This document shows, one piece after another, positions 44,576-58,221 of a stretch of DNA of 64,000 nt. The DNA is taken from positions 10,292,001 through 10,356,000 of the forward strand of contig OX597843.1 of assembly GCA_951406725.2 (NCBI GenBank). Direction: 5' to 3'. How positions within the stretch are numbered: the stretch's first letter is position 1; the number at the start of each line of letters is the position of its first letter. The stretch is from Octopus vulgaris. Lineage: Eukaryota. The notes below the pieces were generated by a model. It worked only from the letters and a program-made list of their open reading frames with translations. It was not told where the DNA came from and did not search any database. The position numbers and the translations under genes are program-made.

Positions 44576-44919
44576 TATTAAGGGGTGGGGAATTCCCAAG
44601 AAAAAAACAAAAGGTGAAGACAGGTGTTGTAGACAACAAACAGATGTATTAGTTTAATGCTCAGGAAGTGAAAAAGCTTTTAATGTTTTGAGCCTACGCT
44701 CTTACACAGAAAGTAACACAGAAAGAAACAAGGAGAGAAAATAAAGTATGTGTAGTGGCTAGTGATCTATCTATCTATCACTCTATCTGTCTGTCTGTCT
44801 CTCTCTCTCTCATTCTCTCTCTTTCTATCTATCTATCTGTCTCTCTCAGCCTTGTGTTGCCAATAAAGAAACATATCTATCTATCTATTTATCTATATAA
44901 TCTTTTATCTTTCTTTAAT

Positions 44920-45298
44920 CTTTTACTTGTTTCAGTCATTTGACTGTGGCCATGCTGAAGCACTGCCTTTAATCGAGCAATTTGACCCCGGGACTTATTC
45001 TTTTGTAAGCCCAGTACTTATTCTATCGGTCTCTTTTGCCGAACTGCTAAGTTATGGGGACGTAAACACACCAGCATCAGGTGTCAAGGGGACAAACACA
45101 GATACACAAACATATACACACACACATACATATATATACATATATACGACAGGCTTCTTTCAGTTTCCGTCTACTCACAAGGCTTTGGTCGGCCCAAGGC
45201 TATAGTAGAAGACACTTGCCCAAGGTGCCACGCAGTGTGACTGAACCCGGAACCGTGTTGTTGGTAAACAAGCTACTTACCACACAGCCACTCCTGCG

Positions 45299-45300
<2 letters not shown>
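44920..45300 (-). mobile_element. SINE family A
   Basis: Matches the other family A copies. Confidence 0.9.
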
Positions 45301-45333
<33 letters not shown>

Positions 45334-45942
45334 TTTATGCTTTCTTCCCCTTATCTTCCTTTCATTTGTATGTGTATGTCAATGCATTTATGTCTATGTG
45401 TGTATGAGTATGGGTCCTTCTCTGTCTCCGTCTCTCTGTATGTGTCTGGGTATATATATATATATCTTTGATTCCTTTGCCCCCTTTTTCTTTTCTCTCT
45501 TTTCCTCTCACGTGACCGCTGGTCAACCAGCCTTTCGGCTTCTAATTAGCGCCACGAGAACATCGTTGTCGTCGTCTGCCAAAAAAGGCATTTTTTTCCA
45601 AATACGCCAGCTAAACTAAGTTGTACTGTCTTAGTAGTAAGACACCCACTGTTTTTGTCCTGTTATTACTATTATTGTTTTTTTGTATTCATATTCGTGT
45701 GGCATCGTCCGTTTTTCTGTCCTTGTTTCGTATACATTCGATCCTTTTTCCAAGAAATCTAATGCTCGTAGCTTAGTTTTTCCTTGGGGCTGGCCGGATC
45801 GGAGCGATCTCAAGATTAATCAGCCGAAATTGCGAGGATGATCCGGTTCTTGACTGAAGGCTTCAAATGTCACATCCGTGTTTTTTGTATCGTCTTCTAA
45901 ATGTTTTACGTTCTTGTCCCAGTTTGTATTTTTCTACATATA

Positions 45943-45980
<38 letters not shown>

Positions 45981-46081
45981 GAGTGTATTTTACCTTGTTA
46001 ACAATTAACACGGATAAATGAATGAAACATATGTAGAAAGTAAAAATTACTTGTTTAAACCTGCGTTAACTCCATTTTTTA

Positions 46082-46121
<40 letters not shown>

Positions 46122-46138
46122 TAGAGAGAGAGAGAGAG

Positions 46139-47000
46139 AGAGAGTGCGATGGGTAAACTGTCACCATTTTATAGTTTTAATTTCGCACATTGTTTTTGAT
46201 TTTGTCAACTACACAGCATAGTAGGGTCAGTAGGGCACCGTCTGTGAGAAAAACAGCATCATAACACATTTCACTCTGCCAGAAATTTGGAAGCATGCTG
46301 TGCTGCTTGGCATTCATGCCGGAAGCTCCAATACAAACATTTTGGAATGTTTGGGAGTCGATCTGAGGACAGTGCAATCTGAGAACATGTACCAAGAGTG
46401 ATAAAAAAATATATCTAGACAGCATTATGGTGTTTGGAGTGATCACATTATGCCTCCATTCATCTTCCCACATGGCCTCACACTCAACATGGAGGCCTAC
46501 ATCAAGTGCCTGGAGGAAGTTGTACTGCCCTGGGTCAAGAGGGTGGCTGCTGGAAGACCCTATGTCTAGTAACAGGACTCTGCACCATGCCACACAAGCA
46601 GGAGAACCCAGTCATGGCTGTTGGACAATTTCTGCAACCATATCACCCCTAACATCTGGCCACCTGACTCCCCAGACTGCAAACCCCTTGATTATCATGA
46701 GTGGATGGCAATTGAGCAAGAGACCAACAAAACTCCTTGTAACACCAGAGATGAACTGAAGGCAAGGATTATGACTGCATTGACCGACTTAAATAAGGAA
46801 ACCATCTAGAAGAGTTGCAGGAGATTCCGAAGTCATCTGGAGGCCATGACTGAAGCCAATGGCGATTTTATTGAATAAATTTATTCTTTAGTATTTCAAG
46901 ATATTCTTATGTAATTTTACTAAATATAAGTCAAAATGAGATGTCTGTGTTATTTTTCATTTGTGTGTAATTTAGACGACAGTTTATTCACCACACCCTC
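46139..47000 (+). mobile_element. internally deleted Tc1/mariner element, DD37D (maT-type) transposase pseudogene
   Basis: IMVFGVIT..MPPFIFPHGLTLNMEAYIKCLEEVVLPWVKRVAAGRPYV**QDSAPCHTSRRTQSWLLDNFCNHITPNIWPPDSPDCKPLDY..EANGDFIE*, with 37 residues between the second and third D. Degenerate TIRs gagtgcgatgggtaaactgtc / gacagtttattcaccacaccctc, with TA at the right end. Confidence 0.9.
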
Positions 47001-47069
47001 TATACATATATAACTTAGATATGTTTTAACCAATGAATGGCCCAGGCCATGTCTAACTTAATAGCACCA

Positions 47070-47116
<47 letters not shown>

Positions 47117-47192
47117 TATATTTATATGCTAGCATGGGAAGTGGATGTTAAACGATGATGATGATTTATATATATATATATGCATGTGTGTA

Positions 47193-47276
<84 letters not shown>

Positions 47277-47296
47277 TAGGTATATATATAAACAAG

Positions 47297-47342
<46 letters not shown>

Positions 47343-47750
47343 ATTATATTAAATTAGAGACAAAACCACTATTATGCAAATCAAACAAAGAAAGACTTAA
47401 GCCAATACATAAAATAATTTACATAAATTTAGAAATTTAACAATTATAAATAACCACTACTTATTTCAGCACATCTTAAAAGAAGGTTTTGAAACCACCT
47501 GAAGAATGTCTCAAAGATGTGCTGAAATAAGACATGAAACGATCGTAGTGGTTATTTATAATTGTTAAATTTCTAAATTTATATAAATTATTTTATGTAT
47601 TGGCTTAAGTCTTTCTTTGTTTGATTTGCATAATAGTGGTTTTGTCTCTAATTTAATATAATATAATATTTTACTATAAAATTAGATTCAATCCTAAATC
47701 TGATTTTTCCCTGTAAATTTGGATTTATTCCCTAATATTTATTATAATAT
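47343..47750 (+). mobile_element. fold-back element in (TA)n (~120-bp arms) containing an intact HHR motif
   Basis: Arms 47343-47460 and 47545-47665; same family as 61670-61980. Confidence 0.8.
47493..47553 (+). ncRNA. type I hammerhead ribozyme motif
   Basis: aaccac-CTGAAGA-atgtct..agacat-GAAA-cgatc-GTA-gtggtt. Canonical core, palindromic stem III ACGATCGT, predicted cut after A47547. Confidence 0.85.
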
Positions 47751-47811
47751 ATGATATATATATTATATGTATAAATTATTATTCTTCTTCTTATTATTAT
47801 TATCATTATTA

Positions 47812-47854
<43 letters not shown>

Positions 47855-47907
47855 GTTTAAATATTTGTTGTGCAAGATTTTTTATGTGAAGACGTGTGTT
47901 GAAACAG

Positions 47908-48332
47908 ATATTGTTATATTTCGGAATGGTCATTTTGCCAGTTTAGCCAATAAAAACACACGCACGATATATTTGGTGTTATTTTGCTTCAATGTTATTT
48001 ATTTTTTACATTAATCTTAATCTTATTTCAGCTAGAGTGTGTGTGTAATAAACAAGGATACAGATAATACTAGCATTGCTAGAAATAAGAGTAAAAAACG
48101 ACTCAAAAATACAAAATGGCTGACGGTTAGTAAGGAGAGACACAAATAAGAAAGAAGAAAACAAAGGACCACTGATACGGTCACAGGAGTGTGACAAAAG
48201 AACTCTGGCCGAAATAAGATTAAGATTAATGTAAAAAATAAATAACACTGAAGCAAAGTAACACCAAATATATATTGCGTTTGTTTTTATTGGCTAAACT
48301 GGCAATATGACCATTCCGAAATATAACAATAT
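47908..48332. repeat. inverted repeat (~125-bp arms) in (TA)n context
   Basis: 47908-48037 is the reverse complement of 48202-48332. Confidence 0.85.
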
Positions 48333-48718
48333 ATATATATAGTTAATCCAAACAAGAAAACACAGAAAAAAACACAGCAACGCGAGGACGTGGAACAATT
48401 AAAGTATTATTTGACGCTCAGGAAAGAAGGGAAGGAGGGTTTTTATATATATATATATATATATAAGTATATATATGTGTATGTATATATATTTCATTTT
48501 TGGATTTGGTTTGCAAGATTCTTTATGTTAGTTCGTGTGTTGAAGCATACTTTGTTGTGTCTGGGGAGAGTCATTTTCTTTTGGTGCCTTATAATTTAAC
48601 ACACACACCGGTAAAATTTCCACTTACTTCTGTTTTTATTTTTTTTTATTTTTAAAGAATTTTTAGATATAAAAAAGGAAATAAATGGAAATTTTACTGG
48701 TGAGTGTGTTAAATTATA

Positions 48719-48952
48719 AGGCAGCGAGGTGGCAGACACGTTAGCGCACCGGGCGGAATGCTTAGCGGTATTTCGTCTGTCGTTACGTTCTGAGTTCAAA
48801 TTCCGCTGAGGTCGACTTTGCCTTTCATCTTTTCTGGGTCGATAAATAAAAGTAGCAGTTATGCACTGGGGTCAATGTAATCGACTTAATCCCTTTGTCT
48901 GTCCTTGTTTGTCCTCTCTATGTTTAGCCCCTTGTGGGCAATAAAGAAATAT
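48719..48952 (+). mobile_element. SINE family B inserted into one arm of an inverted repeat
   Basis: tataaggca on both sides; host arms 48555-48620 vs 48690-48720 plus 48955-48990. Confidence 0.8.
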
Positions 48953-49456
48953 ATAAGGCACCAAAAGAGAATGACTCTCCCCAGACACAACAGTATATAT
49001 ATGTGTGTGTGAGTGTGCGTGTGTGTGTGCATGTACATGTGTGTGTGTGCATGTGTGTGTGTGCATGTGTGTGTTCATGTGTGTGTGTGTGTGTGTGTGT
49101 GCGTGTGTGTGTGCAATAAACAAGGATACAGATAATACTAGCATTGCTAGAAATAAGAGTAAAAAAAACGACTCAAAAGGCCACACAAAGCACAATCTCA
49201 TGAGTTGACAAAATGGAGGAAGCAAGAAATGGAGAAACTACCAATCACTAAGCATTTTGGCCAGCATGCTAACGATTCTGTGAGCTTGCTGCTTTATACA
49301 TTTTTTATATTAAGGGTTTTAGGTTTTTCTGCAAGGCCAACATGTCCGGAGAAGGGGAAAGTCAATAGCATCGACCCCAGTATTCAGCTGGTATTTATTT
49401 TTTTGAACCCGAAAGGATGAACGGCAAAGTCTACCTAATACAAACCAAAGTTAACA

Positions 49457-50141
49457 AATTCCCCATTAAAAATAGTTACAGCCTAAAGGGAGATAATTGA
49501 GAAAGACTTGAAAGTTAACATAAGATCGTAATCATGTAAAGTAAATATAATACATAATCCAGAATCCTTGTTCAGTACTGGACTGATCCCAAAATCTGAT
49601 CAGTTCATGCCAGTCATGAGGCCAAACATCACTGGAAGTTTCACCCAAATCCATCGAGCGGTTTTTGAGATATCTTGTCCACAGACAAGGAAACGAACAA
49701 ACAAACACCACTGAAAACAATACCTTCACTAAGGCAGAGGTAATAATAGGAACACTTGTAGCTTGCTCATGCTAAAATTGTTGCTCCATCTGGCACTAAT
49801 TCCCCATTAAAAATAGTTACAGCCTAAAAGGAGATACTTGAGAAAGACTTGAAAGTTAACATAAGATCGTAACATGTACAGTAAATATAATAAATAATCC
49901 AGAATCCTTGTCCAGTACCGGATTGATCCCAAAATCTGATCAGTTCATGCCAGTCATGAGGCCAAACATCACTGGAAGTTTCAGCCAAATCCATCAAGCG
50001 GTTTTTGAGATATCTTGTCCACGAACAAAGAAACGAACAAACAAACACAACTGAAAACAATACCTTCACTAAGGCAGAGGTAATAATAGGAACACTTGTT
50101 GCTTGCTCATGCTAAAATTGCTGCTCCATCTGGCACTAATT
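49457..50141 (+). repeat. 341-bp tandem duplication containing a Helentron/HINE-like end
   Basis: Units start at 49457 and 49798; motif aagtttca..aaatccatc..gtttttgagatatc..aaaacaataccttcactaaggcagaggtaat. Confidence 0.7.
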
Positions 50142-50399
50142 CACCCAATATGTTACACCTGTAATTAATTCATGAATAAACACTGCCACAGGTCACAAAT
50201 AGTCAAATGAGATTTGCTATAATTAATGTTATTTTAATTTGATAATTATTTTCACTTTGAAAATAAATATTCATCTCTTTTTGTAATAAATAATCCACAG
50301 AAAGAGAAGACAAAAAACGCCCTTTCTAGCAAGTAAGGTATCCTGTTAAGGGTCACCCCCTTTTGTGAATAAATATGTACACTATTTTATTTATATACT

Positions 50400-50945
50400 T
50401 ATTTCTTTACTACCCACAAGGGGCTAAACACAGACGGGACAAACAAGGACAGACAAACGGATTAAGTCGATTATATCGACCCCAGCGCGTAACTGGTACT
50501 TATTTAATCGATCACGAAAGGATGAAAGGCAAAGTCGACCTCGGCGGAATTTGAACTCAGAACGTAACGGCAGATGAAATACAGCTACGCATTTCGCCCG
50601 GCGTGCTAACGTTTCTGCCAGCTTGCCGCCTTTATTTATATACTAGCTGACCAAAGCCTTGTGTGTGGATTAGGCAGAAAGAAACTGAAAGAAGCCTGTC
50701 ATATATATGTATATGTGTGTGTGTGTGTGTGTGTGTTTGTGTATGTCTGTGTTTGTCCCCCCATCATCGCTTGACAACCGATGGTGGTGTGTTTACGTCC
50801 CCATAACTTAGCAGTTCAGCAAAAGAGACTGATAGAATGAGTACTAGGCTTACAAAGAATAAGTCCTGGGGTCGATTTGCTCGACTAAAGGCGGTGCTCC
50901 AGCATGGCCACAGTCTAATGACTGAAACAAGTAAAAGAGTAAAGA
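50400..50945. mobile_element. SINE B (-, 50400-50630) and 5'-truncated SINE A (+, 50648-50945)
   Basis: Match to the other family copies. Confidence 0.85.
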
Positions 50946-51349
50946 GTATGTATTAAAGAATCTCGTAAAGAAACTCGTTAAGCAAAACATTAATTTCCAA
51001 GAGTAGCAATGAAATTTAATGTCACTCCGCCGCTATGTGCAGCTGTGCAGGCATGTCAGAACCAGTGTTGCCATGTGTTGCAGCGTTGCCACATGTTGCA
51101 ACATTGCCATATGCACAAGATGGCAGATTAACCTTTTTTATATTTAATAATTTACAAAATAAGGGCAAAAGAAATATTCTAATGCCAAATATGCCGAAAA
51201 AAAGACAAAAATTGTCAATCATCATCATCATCATCATCGTACAGCTGGATGCCCTTCCTAACGCCAACCACTCCGAGAGTGTAGTGGGTGATTTTATATA
51301 ATTTATGCGTCTCGAAACAAACCGATAAAAATTTCTAAAAAATCCGTTA

Positions 51350-51410
51350 TTACCATATTGGTCCCAATTTCGGGGTTAATTCATAAGAATTTTCCCCTCT
51401 TCAGCGATAA
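51350..51410 (-). ncRNA. type I hammerhead ribozyme motif
   Basis: Minus strand: ttatcg-CTGAAGA-gggg aa aattc ttat gaatt aa cccc-GAAA-ttgg ga cca-ATA-tggtaa. Canonical core; all stems pair. Confidence 0.8.
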
Positions 51411-51944
51411 ATACGTGAGATATAAGTGAAATATTTACTCATACCCACGGAAAAAGCAAGCACCAAGTCCTGAGCAGACCTAAGTACCTCAAATATATCC
51501 AAAATAGAAAAATCTTCGGCACATCTTGAGACACATGTGATTCGAACTAGAAACTTTCACAGACTGAGAGGATCCGGAAGTGAACACTATTCAATTTATA
51601 ACTAATGTAGGATAAAATTTATTTTTTTAATATTTATTTATTATAATGGTATGCTTGTGTTTTTCTCTGTCACAACATATGTATGAGAAAGGAAGCTGAA
51701 TAAGGAAGGAAGGGGTGATGGCAAACGTGGTAGTGGGATGGTAAACATTCAACACTGAAAAGAAAAATCAAACAGTGTTTCAACTCTGATTATGTGTGTA
51801 TGTGTGCATGTAAAAGGGAAGTATGTGAATGTTTGTATGTGTGAACCGGCATCCTTTCAGCAGCAAATGATGATCAATGTTACATCTCAAAAGACAACCA
51901 CTAGATAACTTTGACAAGTGTATTAATTTGATTTACCATCCATA

Positions 51945-52406
51945 TCTATATATATAAAGCTGAAGTTGTCTGTGTTGGCAGGTTTGGTAGCCTTGAACTA
52001 ACACTATCTCCTCCGAGACCTTGCAGCGCAAGTTGACCAAAATTGAGAGTATGATAGAAGAAGGCTTACTCTTCATTCCGTAATAGATAAATTTCAAATC
52101 GGACCATGTTAACACCAAAAATTATTTACATCAAAAAGGGTCAACCAAAGCCTTGTGGGTGGATTTGGTAGACGGAAACTGAAAGAAACCAAAAATTATT
52201 TACATCAAAAAGGTACTTTTTTCTATGAAAATCCTTATTTTTTACGATGTTTTGACTGCTGTGTCGCTATTTTTCGGTGTATTTCAACCAGAAAAATGTT
52301 CACTTAAAGAGAACAATGAGCTACATAATGCAAAATTTTTACTTTTCAAAAATTCCAATTCTAAAGGGTCGAAACAAACCCGAGCAACGCCGGGCAACAC
52401 TGCTAG
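51945..52406 (+). mobile_element. non-autonomous Helitron
   Basis: A|TCtatatatataaagctg..cccgagcaacgccggg..CTAG|T. Confidence 0.75.
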
Positions 52407-52554
52407 TATATATATAAAATACTATGATTAGCTATCATTTTTGATGGCACAGGGCCAGCTAGTTATAAACTAAAACTTGTAAACCTTAGGTCTCGCAAAG
52501 CGGGACCTCCTAATGCAGGTCCCCGTAAAGTGAGGTATTACTGTACATAAATAT

Positions 52555-52970
52555 TCTCTTTACTCTTTACTCTTTTACTTGTTTCAGTCATTTGACTGCA
52601 GCCATGCTGGAGCACCGCCTTTAATCGAGCAAATCGACCCAGGGACTTATTCTTTGTAAGCCCAGTACTTATTCTATCGGTCTCTTTTGCCGAACCGCTA
52701 AGTGACGGGGACATAAACACACCAGCATCGGTCGTCAAGCAATGCTAGGGGGACAAACACAGACACACAAACACACACGCACATATATATATATATATAC
52801 ATATATACGACGGGCTTCTTTCAGTTTCCGTCTACCAAATCCACTCACAAGGCTTTGGTCGGCCCGGGGCTATAGTAGAAGACACTTGCCCAATGTACCA
52901 CGCAGTGGGATTGAACCCGGAACCATGTGGTTGGTAAGCAAACTACTTGCCACACAGCCACTCCTGTACC
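52555..52970 (-). mobile_element. SINE family A
   Basis: Matches the other family A copies. Confidence 0.9.
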
Positions 52971-54301
52971 TACATACACATACATAAGCATTAAGGAGGT
53001 TAAAGTGTATGATGCAGGATCTTTGTTGTGGATTCTTGAGCAAGTCACTCCACTTCATATTACTTCAGGTAACTCAGGTGTAAATGAGAACCAGCTGTGT
53101 GCTTGTGCAGCTCTCTCTCTCTCATTCTCCACTGCCACACCCTGGTTGTGTATGTGGGTCAAGGTGTGAGAGTTCACAGCAGGTCTGTGTCTATTCGCGC
53201 GACTACACAGGTGCTAAGAAAGCAGTTGACGAAAATTGTGTCATATCCAATCATGCATGACGATGGACAGTTCTCATACTTTATCTCTCTCTCATCGAAA
53301 TCGATCAACATCAACGGAAATTGCAGCTGTGGTACCAGTGCCAGTAGTACGTAAGAGAACCATCCGAACGTGGCCGTTGCCAGCGCCGCCTCAACTGGCC
53401 TCGTGCCGGTGGCACATAAAAAGTACCATCCGATCGTGGTCGTTGCCAGCCCCACCTGGCACCTGTGCCGGTGGCACATAAAAAGCACCATCCGATCGTG
53501 GTCATTGCCAGCCCCGCCTGGCACCTGTGCCGGTGGCATGTAAAAAGCACCATCCGATTGTGGCCATTTGCCAGCCTCGTCTGGCACATAAAAAGCACCC
53601 ACTACACTCACGGAGTGGTTGGTGTTAGGAAGGGCAATAAAGAAATAAGAAACTGAAAGAAACCTGTCAAATGTACATCCCTTTTTTTTGCTGGGCTCAA
53701 ATTTCATTTATGAACCCATGGAAAATGAACCTCCACCAACTATTCTATCCAGTGGCAGACTCGCCTGGTTGCTAGCTTGCCTGAAGGCAAGTGGGCCCCT
53801 GCGCCATATATGGGGGCCCATGTTAGTATCTAAGGGACCCATTCCCTCAAGTTTGAGAATTTATATACACACATGTATATATAAATACACACACACACAC
53901 ATACATGTACATATAACATTCTCACTCAAACAGACACATACATACACGTGCACACACACACACACACATATACACAAGTGTTTATTGCAAACAGATGGTG
54001 TAACATCCAACCCTCTTCCACGGGGAACAAAAAGTCAATAAATCCATACCAAACATGGGTGTAACTTATGAATTGTGGCATCGATCCCATTGCTTCACAC
54101 ACACCACACATATATAATTAGCCTTGTGAATTCTATACAGTCTAGAAGCCCATCTCATACATGTGTGTGTGTGTATCTGTATGTGTGTGTGTGTGAAGTC
54201 AGTGTTTGTGCGTTTGCATGTATAAACAATACTAACACACATTAAAAGCGATCTTGGTACTAACAAAGGAAATGCAGCTATAAGTTTTCAAAACTTTTAC
54301 T

Positions 54302-54845
54302 AGGACAAGATACTGTGATAGCCTGGGCTTCAGAGGTCCACGGTTCTTCAATATCCTCCCGAAGGATCTGAGAGACCTGCATGGGGTGGATGCAGATGTC
54401 TTTAACCCTTTAGTGTTCAGATTACTCTATCAAACATAATGCCTATTGATTCCCATTGATTTGAATTAATCATGCATTATCTCATATCTTCAAGATCTTG
54501 ATGGTGTAATTACTTAATGTAGAATAACATTGTAGGGTAGGTGTGAGGGCCTGGATCTGGTCAGTTTGAACATAAAACAGATTAAATATTTTGGCCAGAT
54601 AGAGCCGGTTTAAATACTAAAGGGTTAAAATAAAGCTGGACTTCTTCCTGTCAGGTGTCCCAGATGAACCAACTTCACGGCAGGAGGTGCAGATGAGGGC
54701 AGCTACATCAAACTCTCTCATGCACCAAATAGCAATTGCTAAAAAACATTCGTGAAGTAAAATCATGTAGCAACACCGAATGGCAGTGCCCCAGCATGGC
54801 CACGGCTCGTGAGCTGAAACTAGATACAAAAATACAAAAAAAAAT
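54302..54845 (+). pseudogene. 3' end of a CR1-group LINE, split by a piggyBac MITE
   Basis: Removing 54406-54628 restores RTRYCDSLGFRGPRFFNILPKDLRDLHGVDADVFKIKLDFFLSGVPDEPTSRQEVQMRAATSNSLMHQIAIAKKHS*, followed by a stem-loop and A-rich tail. Confidence 0.75.
54406..54624. mobile_element. piggyBac-type MITE (219 bp)
   Basis: TTAA TSD at 54402-54405 and 54625-54628; TIR ccctttag/ctaaaggg. Confidence 0.9.
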
Positions 54846-55687
54846 ACACATCTATACATGTACACACACCACAAATCTGTATACACACAAACACACACAT
54901 ATACACATACATACATAGCTATCTATAAATTGCTATACACTGCGAGCCCCATGCTAGTAGGGTGTTAAGAGCACCATCCGAGCTTGATCGTTGCCAGAGC
55001 AGCTATCTGGCCTCCGTGCCGGTGGCACATAAAAGACACCATTCGAGCATGATCATTACCAGCATCGCCTTACTGGCACCTGTTGTATATATATACAACA
55101 CCGAGTGTTGTGAGTGTTTATTGAGCGAAACACCTAAAGCCCCACGAGGCTCCGGCAGGGGGTGGCGAACCCTGCTGTACTCTTTCGCCGCAACTTTCTC
55201 TCACTCTTTCTTCTGTTGGCCTGCTCACTTAGCCAGCAGGGTGGCGTCATTTAAAGGCTAAGACAATGCGAAGCGCATTGTGACCAGCGATGTGTAACAA
55301 CATCTGATAGCCTGGTCGGTCACGGTGATCACGGTGATATATAATGTGTGTGTGTATGTATGTAAAGGGTAAAGACCCCTTTAGACACGTATGACCATGG
55401 GATCACACCTAGAATTTCCCATCCAATGCACAAGACAAGGCAAGGTTGTTTTATCGAAGACTAGTTGTCAGTCATGCATACCAGCCTCCTCCTCTCTGTG
55501 CCACCGATGTTATCCAAGGGAAAAACAAAGGGGCTGTTACAGTATGGCACCAGTGACATCGCAACTCATTTCTACAGCTGAATGAACAGAAGCAATGAGA
55601 AATAAAGTGTCTTGCTCAAGAACACAACACACAGCCTGGTCAGGAATCGAACTCACTATCTCATGACTGTGAGCTAATGCTCTAACC

Positions 55688-56262
55688 CAGTGCTTTTCAA
55701 ACTTTTTGCTGGAGCGAACCCCAAGGAAACATTCCACTGGCTCGAGGAACCCCTGTGCAATAATTTAATAGTCTTATGCACACATATCTGCACAGGAGAA
55801 TTAAAAATTACTGCCGATTTTAGAGTTTTGTAACTTCTTGCGGAACCCCTGGACTGTACTGGCGGAACCCTAAGGTTCCGCGGAACCCTGGTTGAAAACC
55901 ACTGCCCTATATATTCAGCCAGTCAGGTATCCCTAGTTTCCTGTTGCACTGCCTGGACAGTTTGATCTCTTTTTAGCCCTACCCATTTGTGTTCAGAGCA
56001 GTATGCCTGTATCGAAGTTGATTTTGTGAATCCCCTATATCAGTGCTTTTCAAACTTTTTGCTGGAGCGGAACCCCAAGGAAACATTCCACTGGCTCGAG
56101 GAACCCCTGTGCAATAATTTAATAGTCTTATGCACACATATCTGCACAGGAGAATTAAAAATTACTGCCGATTTTAGAGTTTTGTAACTTCTTGCAGAAC
56201 CCCTGGACTGTACTGGCGGAACCCCTGGACTGTACTGGTGGAACCCTGGTGGAAAACCACTG
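55688..56262 (-). mobile_element. composite of two hAT MITEs (55688-55904, 56041-56262) around a 136-bp passenger
   Basis: Outer TSD CTCTAACC, inner duplication CCCTATAT; inserted in a SINE D head. Confidence 0.9.
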
Positions 56263-56432
56263 CTCTAACCATTGAGCCATCTGAATGCTAAAGTGTTAAA
56301 TTTCTTCCATTTTATATGTATCAACATGGGAATTCTCATTACATATTCGCACCACAGAATCAAAATTATAAAAGGGTGGGAAAAAAAAATTCACTGCTTT
56401 TATTTTATTTATTTTACATAAAAATAACTCCC

Positions 56433-56666
56433 TTTTACTCTTTTACTTGTTTCAGTCAGTTGACTGCGGCCATGCTGGAGCACCGCCTTTAGTCAAGCAA
56501 CTTGACCCCGGGACTTATTCTTTGTAAGCCAAGTACTTATTCTATCGGTCTCTTCTGCCGAACCACTAAGTGACGGGGACATAAACACACCAGCATCGGT
56601 TGTCAAGCAATGCTAGGGAGACAAACACAGACACACAAACATACATGCACGCACACACACACACAT

Positions 56667-56715
<49 letters not shown>

Positions 56716-56886
56716 TATATACGACAGGCTTCTTTCAGTTTCCATCTACCAAATCCACTCACAAGGCTTTGGTCGGCCCGAGGCTATAGTAGAAGACACT
56801 TGCCCAAGGTGCCCAGCAGTGGGACTGAACCCGGAACCATGTGGTTGGTAAGGAAGCTTCCTTACCACACAGCCACTCCTGCACCT
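56433..56886 (-). mobile_element. SINE family A
   Basis: Matches the other family A copies. Confidence 0.9.
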
Positions 56887-57162
56887 AATTAATTTAGTTT
56901 TTTTTTATTTTTTCCTGTCCTCTTCTCATCTCATTATTCCATTTGTATCCAAACCAGGAACAGATTCCTGGTTGCCATTTTTTTTTTGTGTTATTTTCTC
57001 CTGCAGATGTGGGTAACACACCACTTTCAAATTGGTCAATTAGTGCACTAATTACATAATGATGTTATATTCAATTGAAACAGATGTTAGAAGTCTAATT
57101 AAATCATTGATTACATGTGAAATTAATGCTTTTCTGCTTTTTATTCACACATACACACGTGC

Positions 57163-58221
<1,059 letters not shown>

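Noticed and set aside
44675-44715. Minus-strand hammerhead remnant (gagc gtag gctc stem)
   Set aside because: Both core segments are mutated; too degenerate to call.
45785-45850. Pseudoknot-like pairings (ggctg/cagcc, ccggatc/gatccgg) with minus-strand tcctcgc suggesting an HDV-like ribozyme
   Set aside because: P3 and P1 could not be built, and there is no intact hammerhead core either.
53340-53600. Short repeated units resembling a CRISPR array
   Set aside because: Internal subrepeats of family C; spacers are not unique; eukaryotic context with no cas genes.
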